Below, piece by piece: positions 1 to 10,067 of a stretch of DNA of 64,000 bases. The DNA is taken from positions 4,731 through 68,730 of the forward strand of contig JAURQW010000016.1 of assembly GCA_030835925.1 (NCBI GenBank), in the 5' to 3' direction. Position numbers and translations under genes: made by a program. Below the pieces are notes generated by a model. It saw only the letters and a list, made by a program, of their open reading frames with translations. It was not told the DNA's origin and did no database searches. The stretch comes from Gammaproteobacteria bacterium. Lineage in GTDB: Bacteria > Pseudomonadota > Gammaproteobacteria > GCA-002705445 > GCA-002716945. Positions within the stretch are counted from its first letter, which is position 1. Every line of letters begins with the position of its first letter.

Positions 1-374
1 ATTGATTCCATTAGATCTGTTGATAAAGACTCTTTTAAAGAATCATTTGATTCAATGGCTAAATTATTTGATCTGAGAATATTTGGTAACCCAATGTTAA
101 TGGATATATTTGATAGCACTTTTTTACTTACAATTGCTTGTTTTTCCCTAGATAGATGCCCTTCTTGATGATCAGGATATTTTTTATATAAATACTCTGT
201 AATGATTAGTTGTATAACAGCATCTCCTAAAAATTCTAATCTTTCATAATTAACTTTTGAAATACTTTTATGCGTTATGGCCTCTAATAATAAATTAGTA
301 TTAGAGAACTCATAATTTAACTTTGATAGGACTAAGGTATATGCATTTTTAATATATATTTTTTTATCTGACAT
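1..374 (-). CDS. rnc: Ribonuclease III (partial; N-terminal part, gene continues beyond window start)
   Basis: Minus-strand translation from ATG at 374 gives MSDKKIYIKNAYTLVLSKLNYEFSNTNLLLEAITHKS...ERLEFLGDAVIQLIITEYLY, carrying the RNase III signature ERLEFLGDA. It lies downstream of lepB, as in the conserved lepA-lepB-rnc order. Confidence 0.8.
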   Translation of the reverse strand, partial: MSDKKIYIKNAYTLVLSKLNYEFSNTNLLLEAITHKSISKVNYERLEFLGDAVIQLIITEYLYKKYPDHQEGHLSREKQAIVSKKVLSNISINIGLPNILRSNNLAIESNDSLKESLSTDLMES

Positions 375-375
375 C

Positions 376-1116
376 TTAGTCTATAGATTTTCCAATACGA
401 TCAAACAACGAATATGACCCACTTGGATTTAAGTGCATCCAAATCAAAAAAGCTTTCCCTATCAGGTGACTTTCAGGTACCGGTCCCCAATATCTACTAT
501 CATTACTATTATCTCTATTATCACCGAGAACAAAGTATGTTTTTTCTGGAACCATGTAACTAAAGCTCTGATCCCTAGAATTATTCTTCATTATCATATA
601 TTTTGAAGAACCATTATTTTCGATAAATAGCTCATTATCTGATAAATCAATTGATGAAATAATATTATTAGGTGTCCCAGACAGTTTATATCTTTGACCA
701 TTAATAAATATCTGTTTATCTATATATTCTATATAATCACCGGGCAGAGCCACTACTCTTTTAATATAATTAATTTTCCTATCCTGAGGATATTGAAATA
801 CAATTACATCTCCATGCTTAGGTGAATTATTATTAATGATTTTTAGATTCGACAATGGGAGCCTAATACCAAACTCATATTTTTTAACTAATATGAAATC
901 TCCTACCACGAGATTAGGTATCATTGAGCCAGATGGTATTCGATATGGTTCTATAATAAATGATCGAAATATTAGGACAAAAGCAAGAATGGGGAAAAGA
1001 GAAGCAACGAAGTTAACCAGGGTATTATCATTCAAATCCTTCATAAATAACTTTACGAGTAAGTATAAAGTTCCTGAAAGAAGAGTAAATAAGATTAATA
1101 TTAAAGTAAAATCCAT
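376..1116 (-). CDS. lepB: Signal peptidase I
   Basis: N-terminal TM segment, SGSMIPNL catalytic Ser box and GDNRDNSNDSRYWG motif. Follows lepA. Confidence 0.9.
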   Translation of the reverse strand: MDFTLILILFTLLSGTLYLLVKLFMKDLNDNTLVNFVASLFPILAFVLIFRSFIIEPYRIPSGSMIPNLVVGDFILVKKYEFGIRLPLSNLKIINNNSPKHGDVIVFQYPQDRKINYIKRVVALPGDYIEYIDKQIFINGQRYKLSGTPNNIISSIDLSDNELFIENNGSSKYMIMKNNSRDQSFSYMVPEKTYFVLGDNRDNSNDSRYWGPVPESHLIGKAFLIWMHLNPSGSYSLFDRIGKSID

Positions 1117-1118
1117 AG

Positions 1119-2906
1119 TTATTTCTTTGGCATCATAAATTCATAAAAAGCTTCTTTTGGTATCTCTACATTACCAATTTTTTTCATTTTTTTCTTCCCT
1201 TCTTTTTGTTTTTTTAAAAGCTTCATCTTTCTTGTCGCATCTCCACCATAAAGTTTAGCTGTAACATCTTTACGAAAACCTCTAATAGATGTACTTGCTA
1301 AAACTTTAGACCCTATACATCCTTGAATAGATATCTCAAACATTTGTCTTGGAATTAATTCTTTTAAGTTTTCAATTAGCTCTCTAGCTTTTTTATCAGA
1401 ATTATCTTTATGTAAAATTTGAGATAATGCATCAACTTTCTTCTTATTAACCAGAATATCTAGCTTTATCATCTTACTTTCTACATAATCTATTATTGTA
1501 TAATCATAAGAAGCATAACCCTTGGTGCATGATTTAAGCTTATCAAAAAAATCATATATTATTTCTGATAGTGGTATTTCAAATGAAATCTCAACAGAGT
1601 TAGTTCTATACTGTAAATTAGTTTGTGATCCTCTCTTTTTTACACATAATTCAATAATTGGCCCTAGATAATCAGAGGGGGTAATTATATTGATTTGGGC
1701 GATAGGCTCTAAAAAATTCTTAATCTTATTTTCATCGGGTAAATCTTTTGGACTTTTAACCTCTATAACTTCTCCAGATTTATCTTCTACCTTATATGTT
1801 ACGGATGGTACAGTCATTAAAAAGTCTAAGTCATATTCTCTAGATAGTCTCTCACGAATTATTTCCATATGTAACAGACCCAAAAATCCACATCTAAAAC
1901 CATGTCCAAGAGAGTCTGAGTTTTCTGGTTCATACGTAAATGAGTTATCATTTAAAGAGAGTTTGTCTAATGCTTTTTTTGATTCTTGATAATTTTTTGA
2001 GTCTATTGGATAAAATCCAGAGAAGACTCTCGGTTGAATATTTTCAAAACCTGGAAGAGGTTCAGGGTTAACTGCTTTAGAATCAACGATTGTATCTCCA
2101 ACTGGTGCTGCATCTAAGGTTTTAATTGATGCAATTATAAACCCTACGTCTCCTGATCCTAATTCATCTAAATAAGTTAGTTTAGGAGTAAAATTACCAA
2201 CTTTATCAATTAAAAATTCTTTTCCATTAGATAGTATTTTGATTTTTTGTTTTGGGTATATTTTACCGCTGACTACTTTTACGAGTACCACAACTCCTAA
2301 ATAATTATCAAACCAAGAATCAATAATAAAAGATTTTGAATAATCATCATTAGTTTCTAAAGGAGAAGGAGTTTCTAATATTACTTTATTTAATATCTTG
2401 TCAACACCTACACCTGTCTTTGCGCTTACTTCTATTACATCATCTTCAACAACATCTAAAAAGTCTATTAAATCTTTTTTAACAGCTGGTATATCAGCTG
2501 ACGGTAAATCAATCTTATTAATGATAGGAATTATCTTTAAACCTAAATCTTTAGCTAGATTCGTATGAGCAATACTCTGAGCTTCTATTCCCTGAGTGGC
2601 ATCAACTATTAGCAGTGCACTATCACATGCAGACAGTGACCGAGATACTTCATAAGAGAAATCAACATGTCCAGGAGTATCAATTATATTTACCTTATAT
2701 ATATCTGAATTTAACTCATATTTTAGTGAGACTGTCTGTGCTTTAATTGTTATCCCTCTCTCTCGTTCTAAATCCATTGAGTCTAAAACTTGATCCTGCA
2801 TATCCCTAGATGATAAGGCGCCATACTTTTCTATTAATCTGTCAGCTAGAGTTGATTTTCCATGATCAATGTGAGCGATAATGGATATATTTCGTATGTT
2901 CTTCAT
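1119..2906 (-). CDS. lepA: Elongation factor 4 (LepA)
   Basis: AHIDHGKSTLADRL GTP-binding N-terminus and a characteristic LepA C-terminal domain. Sits in the lepA-lepB operon context. Confidence 0.95.
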   Translation of the reverse strand: MKNIRNISIIAHIDHGKSTLADRLIEKYGALSSRDMQDQVLDSMDLERERGITIKAQTVSLKYELNSDIYKVNIIDTPGHVDFSYEVSRSLSACDSALLIVDATQGIEAQSIAHTNLAKDLGLKIIPIINKIDLPSADIPAVKKDLIDFLDVVEDDVIEVSAKTGVGVDKILNKVILETPSPLETNDDYSKSFIIDSWFDNYLGVVVLVKVVSGKIYPKQKIKILSNGKEFLIDKVGNFTPKLTYLDELGSGDVGFIIASIKTLDAAPVGDTIVDSKAVNPEPLPGFENIQPRVFSGFYPIDSKNYQESKKALDKLSLNDNSFTYEPENSDSLGHGFRCGFLGLLHMEIIRERLSREYDLDFLMTVPSVTYKVEDKSGEVIEVKSPKDLPDENKIKNFLEPIAQINIITPSDYLGPIIELCVKKRGSQTNLQYRTNSVEISFEIPLSEIIYDFFDKLKSCTKGYASYDYTIIDYVESKMIKLDILVNKKKVDALSQILHKDNSDKKARELIENLKELIPRQMFEISIQGCIGSKVLASTSIRGFRKDVTAKLYGGDATRKMKLLKKQKEGKKKMKKIGNVEIPKEAFYEFMMPKK

Positions 2907-2943
2907 GTCTACTATATAATAGCGGACAAATATTAAACATCAA

Positions 2944-4359
2944 TCATTTAGAAATTTTTATTGCTAGATATACAGGAGTAGAGTTTCTATAGACAAGTAG
3001 ATTAGCTACAGAGTTATCTTTAATTTTTTGGATCTTTTTAGAGAAGTCTTTAACATTAAATATTGGCTTGTTATTTATATGAGTAATTATATCATTAACT
3101 TGAATTTTAGACTGGTTAAGTTGCTCGCTTGATATCTCATCAACTTTGATTCCACCATATATATTCAAGGATTTTTTTGTATTCTCGTTTATATCACTAA
3201 CTGTCAAACCTGATATTGTTTTATTATCTACAGGTTTTTCCCTCATACTAGCAATCTGGTTATCTTCAGGTAATTCCTCTATAGTTATATTTTTATAAAT
3301 AATGGATTTATTTCTAAGAATTTTAACCCTGACAGACCTATTAACTTCAGTTGATCCAACCAACAAGGGTAAGTCTTTCGATTTATTAACATCTTTGTTA
3401 TCAAATGACAATATTATATCACCCTGCATTAATCCAGATTTCTGAGCAGGACTTTTGTCTAATATTTTTGCTACAACTGCTCCCTTGGGTTTGTCTAAGC
3501 CAAAACTTATTGCTAGGTCTTTATCAACTTCTTGTATGTATACACCCAACCAGCCTCTTTTTACTTTCCCGTCTTTTTTTAATTGTTTGTATACATTCGA
3601 CAACGTTTCAGCAGGTATTGCAAAAGATACTCCCATGAAACCACCTGACCGAGTATAAATTTGAGCATTAACGCCCACAACGTCTCCATTTAGATTAAAT
3701 AATGGTCCGCCGGAATTACCAGGATTGATTGCAACATCAGTTTGAATGTATGGCACATAACTTTCATTTGGTAGATTTCTTTTTTTGCCACTAACTATTC
3801 CAGCAGTTACAGTGTGATCAAATCCAAATGGTGATCCAATTGCTAAGACCCACTCTCCTAGTTTCAGATTCTCAGAAGTTCCTATATTAACCGTGGGCAA
3901 ATCATCAGCATCAACTTTTAGAAGAGCTAAGTCGCTTCTCTTATCTGAGCCAACTAATTTAGCAGATAGCTCAGTTTGATCACTCATTGTTATAGTAATC
4001 TCATCTGAATTAGCGATCACATGATTATTTGTCATAATATAGCCATCTTTTGTCAAAATAAAACCTGAACCGAAACTTGGAGCCTTTCTAGGTTCGCTAG
4101 GGTTGCCGTTCTCTCCATCAAAAAATTTATCTAGGAATGGCTTGAGTTCTTCGGGTAGGTTTGGCATGTTTTGGTTGATATTATTGTTACCAAGGATTTT
4201 CTTTTTTGCATGTACGATTACGACAGCTGGTATATTTTTTTCTACAACCTCTGTAAAATTAGGGTAACTTGGATTTGAGTGTGAGAGCTTCGGGGCTACA
4301 AAGATAGTGCCCACGATGATTGCAAAGATCGCATAGCTTTTAATAAAAGAAATATTCAT
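2944..4359 (-). CDS. HtrA-family periplasmic serine endoprotease (DegP/DegQ/MucD-like, two PDZ domains)
   Basis: Signal peptide, trypsin-like catalytic GNSGGPL motif and two PDZ-like regions. Positioned after the rpoE/anti-sigma pair, like mucD in the algU-mucA-mucD arrangement. Confidence 0.85.
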   Translation of the reverse strand: MNISFIKSYAIFAIIVGTIFVAPKLSHSNPSYPNFTEVVEKNIPAVVIVHAKKKILGNNNINQNMPNLPEELKPFLDKFFDGENGNPSEPRKAPSFGSGFILTKDGYIMTNNHVIANSDEITITMSDQTELSAKLVGSDKRSDLALLKVDADDLPTVNIGTSENLKLGEWVLAIGSPFGFDHTVTAGIVSGKKRNLPNESYVPYIQTDVAINPGNSGGPLFNLNGDVVGVNAQIYTRSGGFMGVSFAIPAETLSNVYKQLKKDGKVKRGWLGVYIQEVDKDLAISFGLDKPKGAVVAKILDKSPAQKSGLMQGDIILSFDNKDVNKSKDLPLLVGSTEVNRSVRVKILRNKSIIYKNITIEELPEDNQIASMREKPVDNKTISGLTVSDINENTKKSLNIYGGIKVDEISSEQLNQSKIQVNDIITHINNKPIFNVKDFSKKIQKIKDNSVANLLVYRNSTPVYLAIKISK

Positions 4360-4709
4360 TTACATTCTATGATATCAGATGCAGGCTCTTTATCGTTAAC
4401 TTTTTTACACTCTTCTATTTGATTTGAAACATTGCGTGATGGTGCACTCATCTCTGTATTAATATCGGTTCGTGTATACTGAATATCTTCACTTAACATA
4501 TTGTCCATTAAAGCTAATGTAAAAATACCAAATACAAGGGCGCTTGCAACACGAATGAGATAAGTTTTAGTTGGATTATTAGTCTTTTGTGAATAAATAT
4601 CGATCATTACTTTTTCCGAAAAGTCTTTTGACATATATCGAGGATATTCATTCCTAAGGAATGCCTTGAGTAATCCTTTATTTTCTATATCTTTAATATT
4701 TTTATTCAT
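4356..4709 (-). CDS. Putative anti-sigma-E factor (small single-pass membrane protein)
   Basis: 117 aa with one predicted TM helix (LIRVASALVFGIFTLALM). It overlaps the rpoE stop by 8 nt and the protease start by 4 nt. Assignment is positional only; no RseA or ChrR sequence motif was recognised. Confidence 0.45.
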   Translation of the reverse strand: MNKNIKDIENKGLLKAFLRNEYPRYMSKDFSEKVMIDIYSQKTNNPTKTYLIRVASALVFGIFTLALMDNMLSEDIQYTRTDINTEMSAPSRNVSNQIEECKKVNDKEPASDIIECK

Positions 4710-5283
4710 CTTCTGTATTTGTTTCTATCTCTCTTAATAATATATCTCTTGCTCGATGTAATCTAGACCTAACAGTACCGATTGGCAACTTAGCTTTACT
4801 GGCGATTTCATCATAAGTCATATCATCGATATCTCTATATTTGATCATTAATTTCAGATCATCTGGAAGATTCTCATATAATTTACCAATTTTTTCAGCA
4901 ATATCTTCCATATTATATGCATTATATGGAGTTTCCAGTGATGTACTATCCTCCTGCATATTTAGACCAATATTATCCGAAATAGTTTCTTTTTCTTTTA
5001 ACTTTTCTTTTGAATTAATGTAATTCAGAGAACAATTAACCGATATTCTGTGCAACCAAGAATAAAATTTACTATCATATCGAAATTTACCAAGGGATTT
5101 ATAAGCACGAAGAAAGGATTCTTGAGCAACCTCTTCAGCATCATGATAGTTTTTGGTATAGCGATAACATAGACTGATAATGCGTGCCTGATATTTTTTT
5201 ATGATCACTTCATATCCAGATGGATCACCTGAGAGAATACTCTCAATTATCTCGCTATCATCATCAATCATTTTAAACTCCAA
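4702..5283 (-). CDS. rpoE: ECF RNA polymerase sigma factor sigma-E
   Basis: Sigma-70 region 2/4 features (YQARIISLCYRYTKNYHDAEEVAQESFLRAYKSL ... GTVRSRLHRARDIL). Divergent from nadB, as in enterics and pseudomonads. Confidence 0.85.
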   Translation of the reverse strand: MEFKMIDDDSEIIESILSGDPSGYEVIIKKYQARIISLCYRYTKNYHDAEEVAQESFLRAYKSLGKFRYDSKFYSWLHRISVNCSLNYINSKEKLKEKETISDNIGLNMQEDSTSLETPYNAYNMEDIAEKIGKLYENLPDDLKLMIKYRDIDDMTYDEIASKAKLPIGTVRSRLHRARDILLREIETNTEDE

Positions 5284-5333
5284 ATACTCTATCTGTTTTT
5301 ACAAAGTATCATATAAATGATATTTTACTATAT

Positions 5334-6959
5334 ATGGAATCTTATAAAAACGTAGATGTTTTAATTGTTGGTTCAGGGATAGCTGGTCTAAGCCTAGCTC
5401 TCAGATTATCTGAGGATATTAAAGTAGTACTGATTACAAAAGGCAGGGCAAACGAATGCTCAACTTCATGGGCCCAAGGTGGCATTGCCTCCGTAACATC
5501 AAAAGAAGATTCTTTTGAAAAACATCTAGATGATACGTATAAGAATGGTCAAAATATTGTCAACAGAAAAGTTGCCTCTCAAATAATAGAAGAAGGTCCA
5601 TCCTGTATCAAATGGTTAACAGAGATAGGCGTGCCATTTACCAAAGATGATAATAATTGTTTATCGTTAACTCTCGAAGCGGCACACTGCGAAAGAAGAA
5701 TTGTTCATATTGATGATAAAACAGGTTCTGTACTTCATAAAAATTTATACAACCAAGTGCTAGCAAGAAAAAATATAAAGATTTTATATCAGCATCAAAT
5801 AATCGATATTATTTCTGAAAATAACATAATGGATAAAAATCAATGTATAGGAGCTTATGTATTTAATAAAAAAGATAAAAAAATTGAAGCATATAACGCT
5901 AAAAATATAGTTCTCGCAACTGGAGGTGCAAGTAAGATATATCAGTTTACTTCAAATCCCTATACATCAACCGGAGATGGTATAGCTGTATCCTGGAGAG
6001 CGGGTTGTAGAATCACCAATATGGAATTTATTCAATTTCATCCAACTTGCCTATATCATCCTGACGTAAAGTCTTTTCTTATATCCGAATCTCTCAGGGG
6101 TGAAGGTGGAAGACTCTATACACCTGATAAAAAAAGGTTTATGAAAAAATATGATGAAAGAGAAGAACTTGCATCTCGTGATGTAGTTGCAAGAGCGATA
6201 GATAATGAGATGAAACAAAATGACTATGCTAATGTTTTTCTTGACATAAGTCACAGACCGCCAAATTTCATTAAAAAACGTTTTCCTGAAATATATAAAA
6301 AATGCTTGAGTGTAGGTATTGATATAACAAAAGAATGGATTCCAGTGATACCAGCATCACACTATACATGTGGCGGAGTTGAAACAGATATATCTGGCAA
6401 GACAGATATAGATAACTTGTATGTAATTGGAGAATCTGCCCATACTGGTTTTCATGGAGCTAATAGACTTGCAAGTAATTCGCTTCTTGAGTGTTTAGTA
6501 ATGGCAAAAAGATGTTCACAGGAACTAGCAAAATCTTTCTTAACCTATCAAAAAAGAGATATTAGTTTACCAAAATGGGACGATAGTTTAGTTACTGAAT
6601 CCAAAGAGAGATTCGCAATAACTCATAATTGGGATGAGCTTAGGAGAATTATGTGGAACTATGTTGGTATTGTTAGATCAAATAAAAGATTAAAAACAGC
6701 GAAAGATAAGATAGAAATTATTGAAAAAGAAATGAATGAATATTACTACAAATATAATATCACTTCAGATATGCTGGAGCTTAGGAACATAATTAATGTA
6801 GCAAAATTGATTATTGAGTCTGCTGTTAACAGAAAAGAAAGTCGAGGGCTACACTACTCCATAGATTATCCGGATATGAGCCCAGAATACAAAAAAAATA
6901 GTTATATTAAAGGAAGAAAAAACGAATATCATCTAAAGCTAGTTAAGTTTAAAGTTTAA
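5334..6959 (+). CDS. nadB: L-aspartate oxidase
   Basis: FAD-binding N-terminus [16 protein letters not shown] and flavoprotein fumarate-reductase-like fold motifs. Divergent from rpoE. Confidence 0.9.
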   Translation: MESYKNVDVLIVGSGIAGLSLALRLSEDIKVVLITKGRANECSTSWAQGGIASVTSKEDSFEKHLDDTYKNGQNIVNRKVASQIIEEGPSCIKWLTEIGVPFTKDDNNCLSLTLEAAHCERRIVHIDDKTGSVLHKNLYNQVLARKNIKILYQHQIIDIISENNIMDKNQCIGAYVFNKKDKKIEAYNAKNIVLATGGASKIYQFTSNPYTSTGDGIAVSWRAGCRITNMEFIQFHPTCLYHPDVKSFLISESLRGEGGRLYTPDKKRFMKKYDEREELASRDVVARAIDNEMKQNDYANVFLDISHRPPNFIKKRFPEIYKKCLSVGIDITKEWIPVIPASHYTCGGVETDISGKTDIDNLYVIGESAHTGFHGANRLASNSLLECLVMAKRCSQELAKSFLTYQKRDISLPKWDDSLVTESKERFAITHNWDELRRIMWNYVGIVRSNKRLKTAKDKIEIIEKEMNEYYYKYNITSDMLELRNIINVAKLIIESAVNRKESRGLHYSIDYPDMSPEYKKNSYIKGRKNEYHLKLVKFKV

Positions 6960-7497
6960 AAATTGTTTTTCTATAATATCTTAACTCATCAATCGAATCT
7001 CGTATATCATCAAGTGCTCTATGATTTGAATTCTTTTGGAAATTATCTATATCTTCAAAATACCAACGTTTTCCTAATTCTCGAATAGAAGAAACATCGA
7101 GATTACGATAATGACAAAAGGCTTCAAGTTTAGGCATGCATCTGGCTAAAAACCTTCTATCCTGACAAATAGTATTTCCACAAAGTGGAGACTGAGATTT
7201 ATGTACAAATTGTTCTAAAAATTTAATAGTATCATCTTCAGCTCGAGATTCATTGACTGTACTATTCTTCACTCTCTCTGTAAGACCACTCCTTCCATGC
7301 TGTCTTGTATTCCATTCATCCATATTATTCATAACTTCGTCAAGTTGATGTATGACCAGATTAGGTCCTTCAGCAAGGATATTTAGATTTTTATCAGTGA
7401 CTATACTGGCAATTTCTATAATATAATCTCTTTGGGTATCTAGTCCCGTCATCTCTAGATCTATCCAAATTAAGTTGCTTTTATCTTTCATCGTCAT
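6949..7497 (-). CDS. orn: Oligoribonuclease
   Basis: DEDDh exonuclease N-terminus [12 protein letters not shown]. The 182 aa length is typical of Orn. Confidence 0.9.
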   Translation of the reverse strand: MTMKDKSNLIWIDLEMTGLDTQRDYIIEIASIVTDKNLNILAEGPNLVIHQLDEVMNNMDEWNTRQHGRSGLTERVKNSTVNESRAEDDTIKFLEQFVHKSQSPLCGNTICQDRRFLARCMPKLEAFCHYRNLDVSSIRELGKRWYFEDIDNFQKNSNHRALDDIRDSIDELRYYRKTIFKL

Positions 7498-7543
7498 AGA
7501 GTAGTATATTTATATAGTAATGTAAAACTTAGTATAATTTATT

Positions 7544-8773
7544 ATGATTGACATGATTCTCTTTTTTGTTGTTGGCTTTTATATACTGTTGAAGATTTCA
7601 TTAGATATTCATCAAATTCAATATATCAAAGGTGCAAAAATTTCCAGTGATGAGCTAGATCTATTTTCAATTGATTCTAGGTATGTCGAAAAATCGATAT
7701 CTTATAATACAGATAAATTATCTGTATCAATTCTTAATACTCTAATTTCTGGAACTATAGTTATGTATTTTGTTTTTTTTAGCGGCATAGATCATTTATC
7801 AGTAATCATAAAAGATGCAAATATATTTCAATTAAATACTGATCTATTAACAATCATAATATTTGTATTTATAATGTCGTTAGTAAACATACCACTAGAT
7901 GTATATAAAACGTTTTATATTGAAGAGAAACATGGGTTTAATAAAAATACTATTAATCAATATCTAAAAGACACTCTCATATCATTAATATTAACTCTAC
8001 TTATTGTCTCTTTGCTATTCAGTATATTTCATACTTTGTTTCAAGAGTACCCTGAGTCATGGTGGCTATATATGTGGGTAGCATATATTATATTTAATGT
8101 GGTTATTCTATTTGCTTATCCAACAATTATTGCTCCGATGTTTAATGATTTTGAAAAACTATCAGATAAGAAAATAGTCGATATTATTAAAACCTTGTCA
8201 AATAAAACGAATTTTAATATTACAGATGTATATGTAATGGATGGCTCCAAGAGATCTAAACATTCAAATGCATATTTTACCGGGTTCTATAAAAGCAAAA
8301 GAATTGTATTTTTTGATACACTTCTAGAGATATTAACTCCAAAGGAAGTGCAGGCAGTTTTGGCTCATGAGATTGGACATTATAAAAAGAATCATATAAC
8401 AAAATCTATGATACTAAGTTTATTTATAAGCCTGATTGGATTATACCTTTTGTTTCAGGTAAGCACATATACTCCATTGTTTATTGAATTAGGGATTAAT
8501 CCAGATTCAACATCTCAACTTGTTATATTCTTTAGTCTAGTTTTATCTCCTGTACTATATTTCATTAACCCAATATTTTCCTCAATATCTAGAAAAAATG
8601 AATTTGAAGCAGATAATTATGCCAAAGAGTATAGTGACAAAAATGATTTGATTACATCATTAAAAAAGCTATATAAAGAAAACCTTACTTTAATTAAAAC
8701 AAGCCCGATATATTCTCTAGTATATAACAGTCATCCTACTGTATTTGAGAGGATAAATAATTTAGAATCATAA
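7544..8773 (+). CDS. M48-family (Ste24/HtpX-like) integral membrane zinc metalloprotease
   Basis: Multiple TM helices, an HEIGHY zinc-binding HEXXH motif and a downstream NEFEAD third-ligand region. Confidence 0.7.
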   Translation: MIDMILFFVVGFYILLKISLDIHQIQYIKGAKISSDELDLFSIDSRYVEKSISYNTDKLSVSILNTLISGTIVMYFVFFSGIDHLSVIIKDANIFQLNTDLLTIIIFVFIMSLVNIPLDVYKTFYIEEKHGFNKNTINQYLKDTLISLILTLLIVSLLFSIFHTLFQEYPESWWLYMWVAYIIFNVVILFAYPTIIAPMFNDFEKLSDKKIVDIIKTLSNKTNFNITDVYVMDGSKRSKHSNAYFTGFYKSKRIVFFDTLLEILTPKEVQAVLAHEIGHYKKNHITKSMILSLFISLIGLYLLFQVSTYTPLFIELGINPDSTSQLVIFFSLVLSPVLYFINPIFSSISRKNEFEADNYAKEYSDKNDLITSLKKLYKENLTLIKTSPIYSLVYNSHPTVFERINNLES

Positions 8774-8774
8774 T

Positions 8775-9122
8775 ATGAATAATAAATCAGACTTATCTTC
8801 AAAGAAGTGTTTACCATGCGAAGGCGGAATTGATGCTCTTAATAAACAAGATGCTAAAAATTTTATGTCAAAGATACATAAAGATTGGATTTTGTCTAAG
8901 GATAATAAAAGTATATTAAGAGAATTTAAATTCAAAAATCATTATGAGGTTATATCAGCTATCAACCTGATTGCTTGGATTTCTCATAAAGAAGACCATC
9001 ATCCTGAAGTTACCTTCGGCTATAGTAATTTATCGATTAAGTTTTTTACATATGCAATAGATGGGTTATCTGAAAACGACTTCATATGTGCTGCAAAAAT
9101 CGATAACGCGATGAAATTCTAG
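8775..9122 (+). CDS. phhB: Pterin-4-alpha-carbinolamine dehydratase
   Basis: 115 aa with the EDHHPE motif characteristic of the PCD/DCoH family. Confidence 0.8.
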   Translation: MNNKSDLSSKKCLPCEGGIDALNKQDAKNFMSKIHKDWILSKDNKSILREFKFKNHYEVISAINLIAWISHKEDHHPEVTFGYSNLSIKFFTYAIDGLSENDFICAAKIDNAMKF

Positions 9123-9766
9123 AGCTCTTTTCTCTCTTTAAAAGCGTGTGATATTGTATCACTATCTAAATATCCTAACTCACCATTAAGTGGAATACCA
9201 AATGCAATTCTTGAAATTTTTATATTGAATTTATTTGAGAGCTGCTGAACATAATGAGAAGTCGCTTCACCTTCGATTGTTGTACTAGTTGCAAGAATTA
9301 GTTCATTGATATTTCCGCGTTCCAACCTTGCCTCAAGTCTTTTTATACCTATTTCAACAGGACCTCTACCATCTAATGGCGATAAGTTTCCATCTAGTAC
9401 AAAATAATAACCTTTGTAATCTGTGCTTGAGTCGATCGTATAAACATCTGCGGGTGATTCAGTTACGCATATCTTTGAAACATCCCTATTCTGAGCTATA
9501 CAAAGATGGCAGTCGTGGTCATTTTGTTGCATAAGCATGTCCTCATTATCAAGATATATCCCGCATATCTTACAATTCGAAACCATTGATGTAACATTTA
9601 ATAACTTTTGAGACAAATTTAGTGTTTTTTCAGTATTATTTCGCATTAACTTATATGCCATACGTTGTGCAGATTTTTTACCAACACCCGGCAGTATCGT
9701 TAGAGCGTCTATTAAATCATTAAGATGTTTAGATTGCTTCATACTAAAAAGGAAGTTTAAAACCAC
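9119..9766 (-). CDS. recR: Recombination protein RecR
   Basis: HhH motif ILPGVGKKSAQRMAY, C4 zinc finger (CKICG...CHLC) and Toprim region. Lies in the dnaX-ybaB-recR operon. Confidence 0.9.
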   Translation of the reverse strand: MVLNFLFSMKQSKHLNDLIDALTILPGVGKKSAQRMAYKLMRNNTEKTLNLSQKLLNVTSMVSNCKICGIYLDNEDMLMQQNDHDCHLCIAQNRDVSKICVTESPADVYTIDSSTDYKGYYFVLDGNLSPLDGRGPVEIGIKRLEARLERGNINELILATSTTIEGEATSHYVQQLSNKFNIKISRIAFGIPLNGELGYLDSDTISHAFKERKEL

Positions 9767-10052
9767 CAGGCATATTCATCATATTACCCATTTTTGACTT
9801 AATTTCTTTTTCAACCTTCGACATTGCATCATTGCAAGCATAAAGAATATGTTTCTCAGTTTCTCTTAAATCTGAGTTTTGTAACTTATCATCAATTTTA
9901 ATACTTTGAATTTGATGATTGCCTTTAACCACAACAGATACTAATTTATTTTTAGATTGACCCTCAGCTTGAATTTTATCAAGTTCTTGTTGGATCTTTT
10001 TCATATTGCCATACATATCTTTTGCTTGTTTCATTTTATCCATGAATCCCAT
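9744..10052 (-). CDS. ybaB: Nucleoid-associated protein YbaB/EbfC
   Basis: About 100 aa with the MKQAQ...MQ...L.....V.G......V.V..NG family pattern, between dnaX and recR. Confidence 0.85.
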   Translation of the reverse strand: MGFMDKMKQAKDMYGNMKKIQQELDKIQAEGQSKNKLVSVVVKGNHQIQSIKIDDKLQNSDLRETEKHILYACNDAMSKVEKEIKSKMGNMMNMPGGFKLPF

Positions 10053-10067
10053 AATATATCTCCTGAA

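Noticed and set aside
836-1138. Antisense ORFs in the six-frame track: 836-1138+, 1690-1989+, 3405-3658+, 4841-5023+, 6051-6254-, 9328-9534+, 10006-10272+, 10867-11082+, 11857-12102+, 16149-16436+, 18118-18321+, 20210-20473+, 22560-22808+, 24461-24679+, 24704-24925+, 31872-32219+, 37489-37677-, 38512-38694-, 39271-39522-, 41008-41226-, 41311-41508-, 42602-42808+, 42878-43147+, 45170-45379+, 45675-46022+, 47232-47471+, 48687-48881+, 51120-51359+, 51708-51932+, 52338-52595+, 52758-52976+, 53131-53382+, 58625-58819-, 59101-59355+, 59995-60195+, 60550-60786+, 60832-61098+, 61830-62075+, 62106-62288+.
   Set aside because: Each lies entirely inside a longer, well-supported gene on the opposite strand, or overlaps its start. 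They have low-complexity or odd composition and no recognisable motifs. In an AT-rich genome such shadow ORFs are expected by chance.
5284-5333. A sigma-E-type promoter (GGAACTT-N16-TCAAA) upstream of rpoE or the HtrA-protease gene.
   Set aside because: I scanned by eye and found only partial matches in coding sequence, such as GGAACTT inside lepB and thrC. None is convincing at the expected positions. Promoter calls would be guesswork without a PWM scan.
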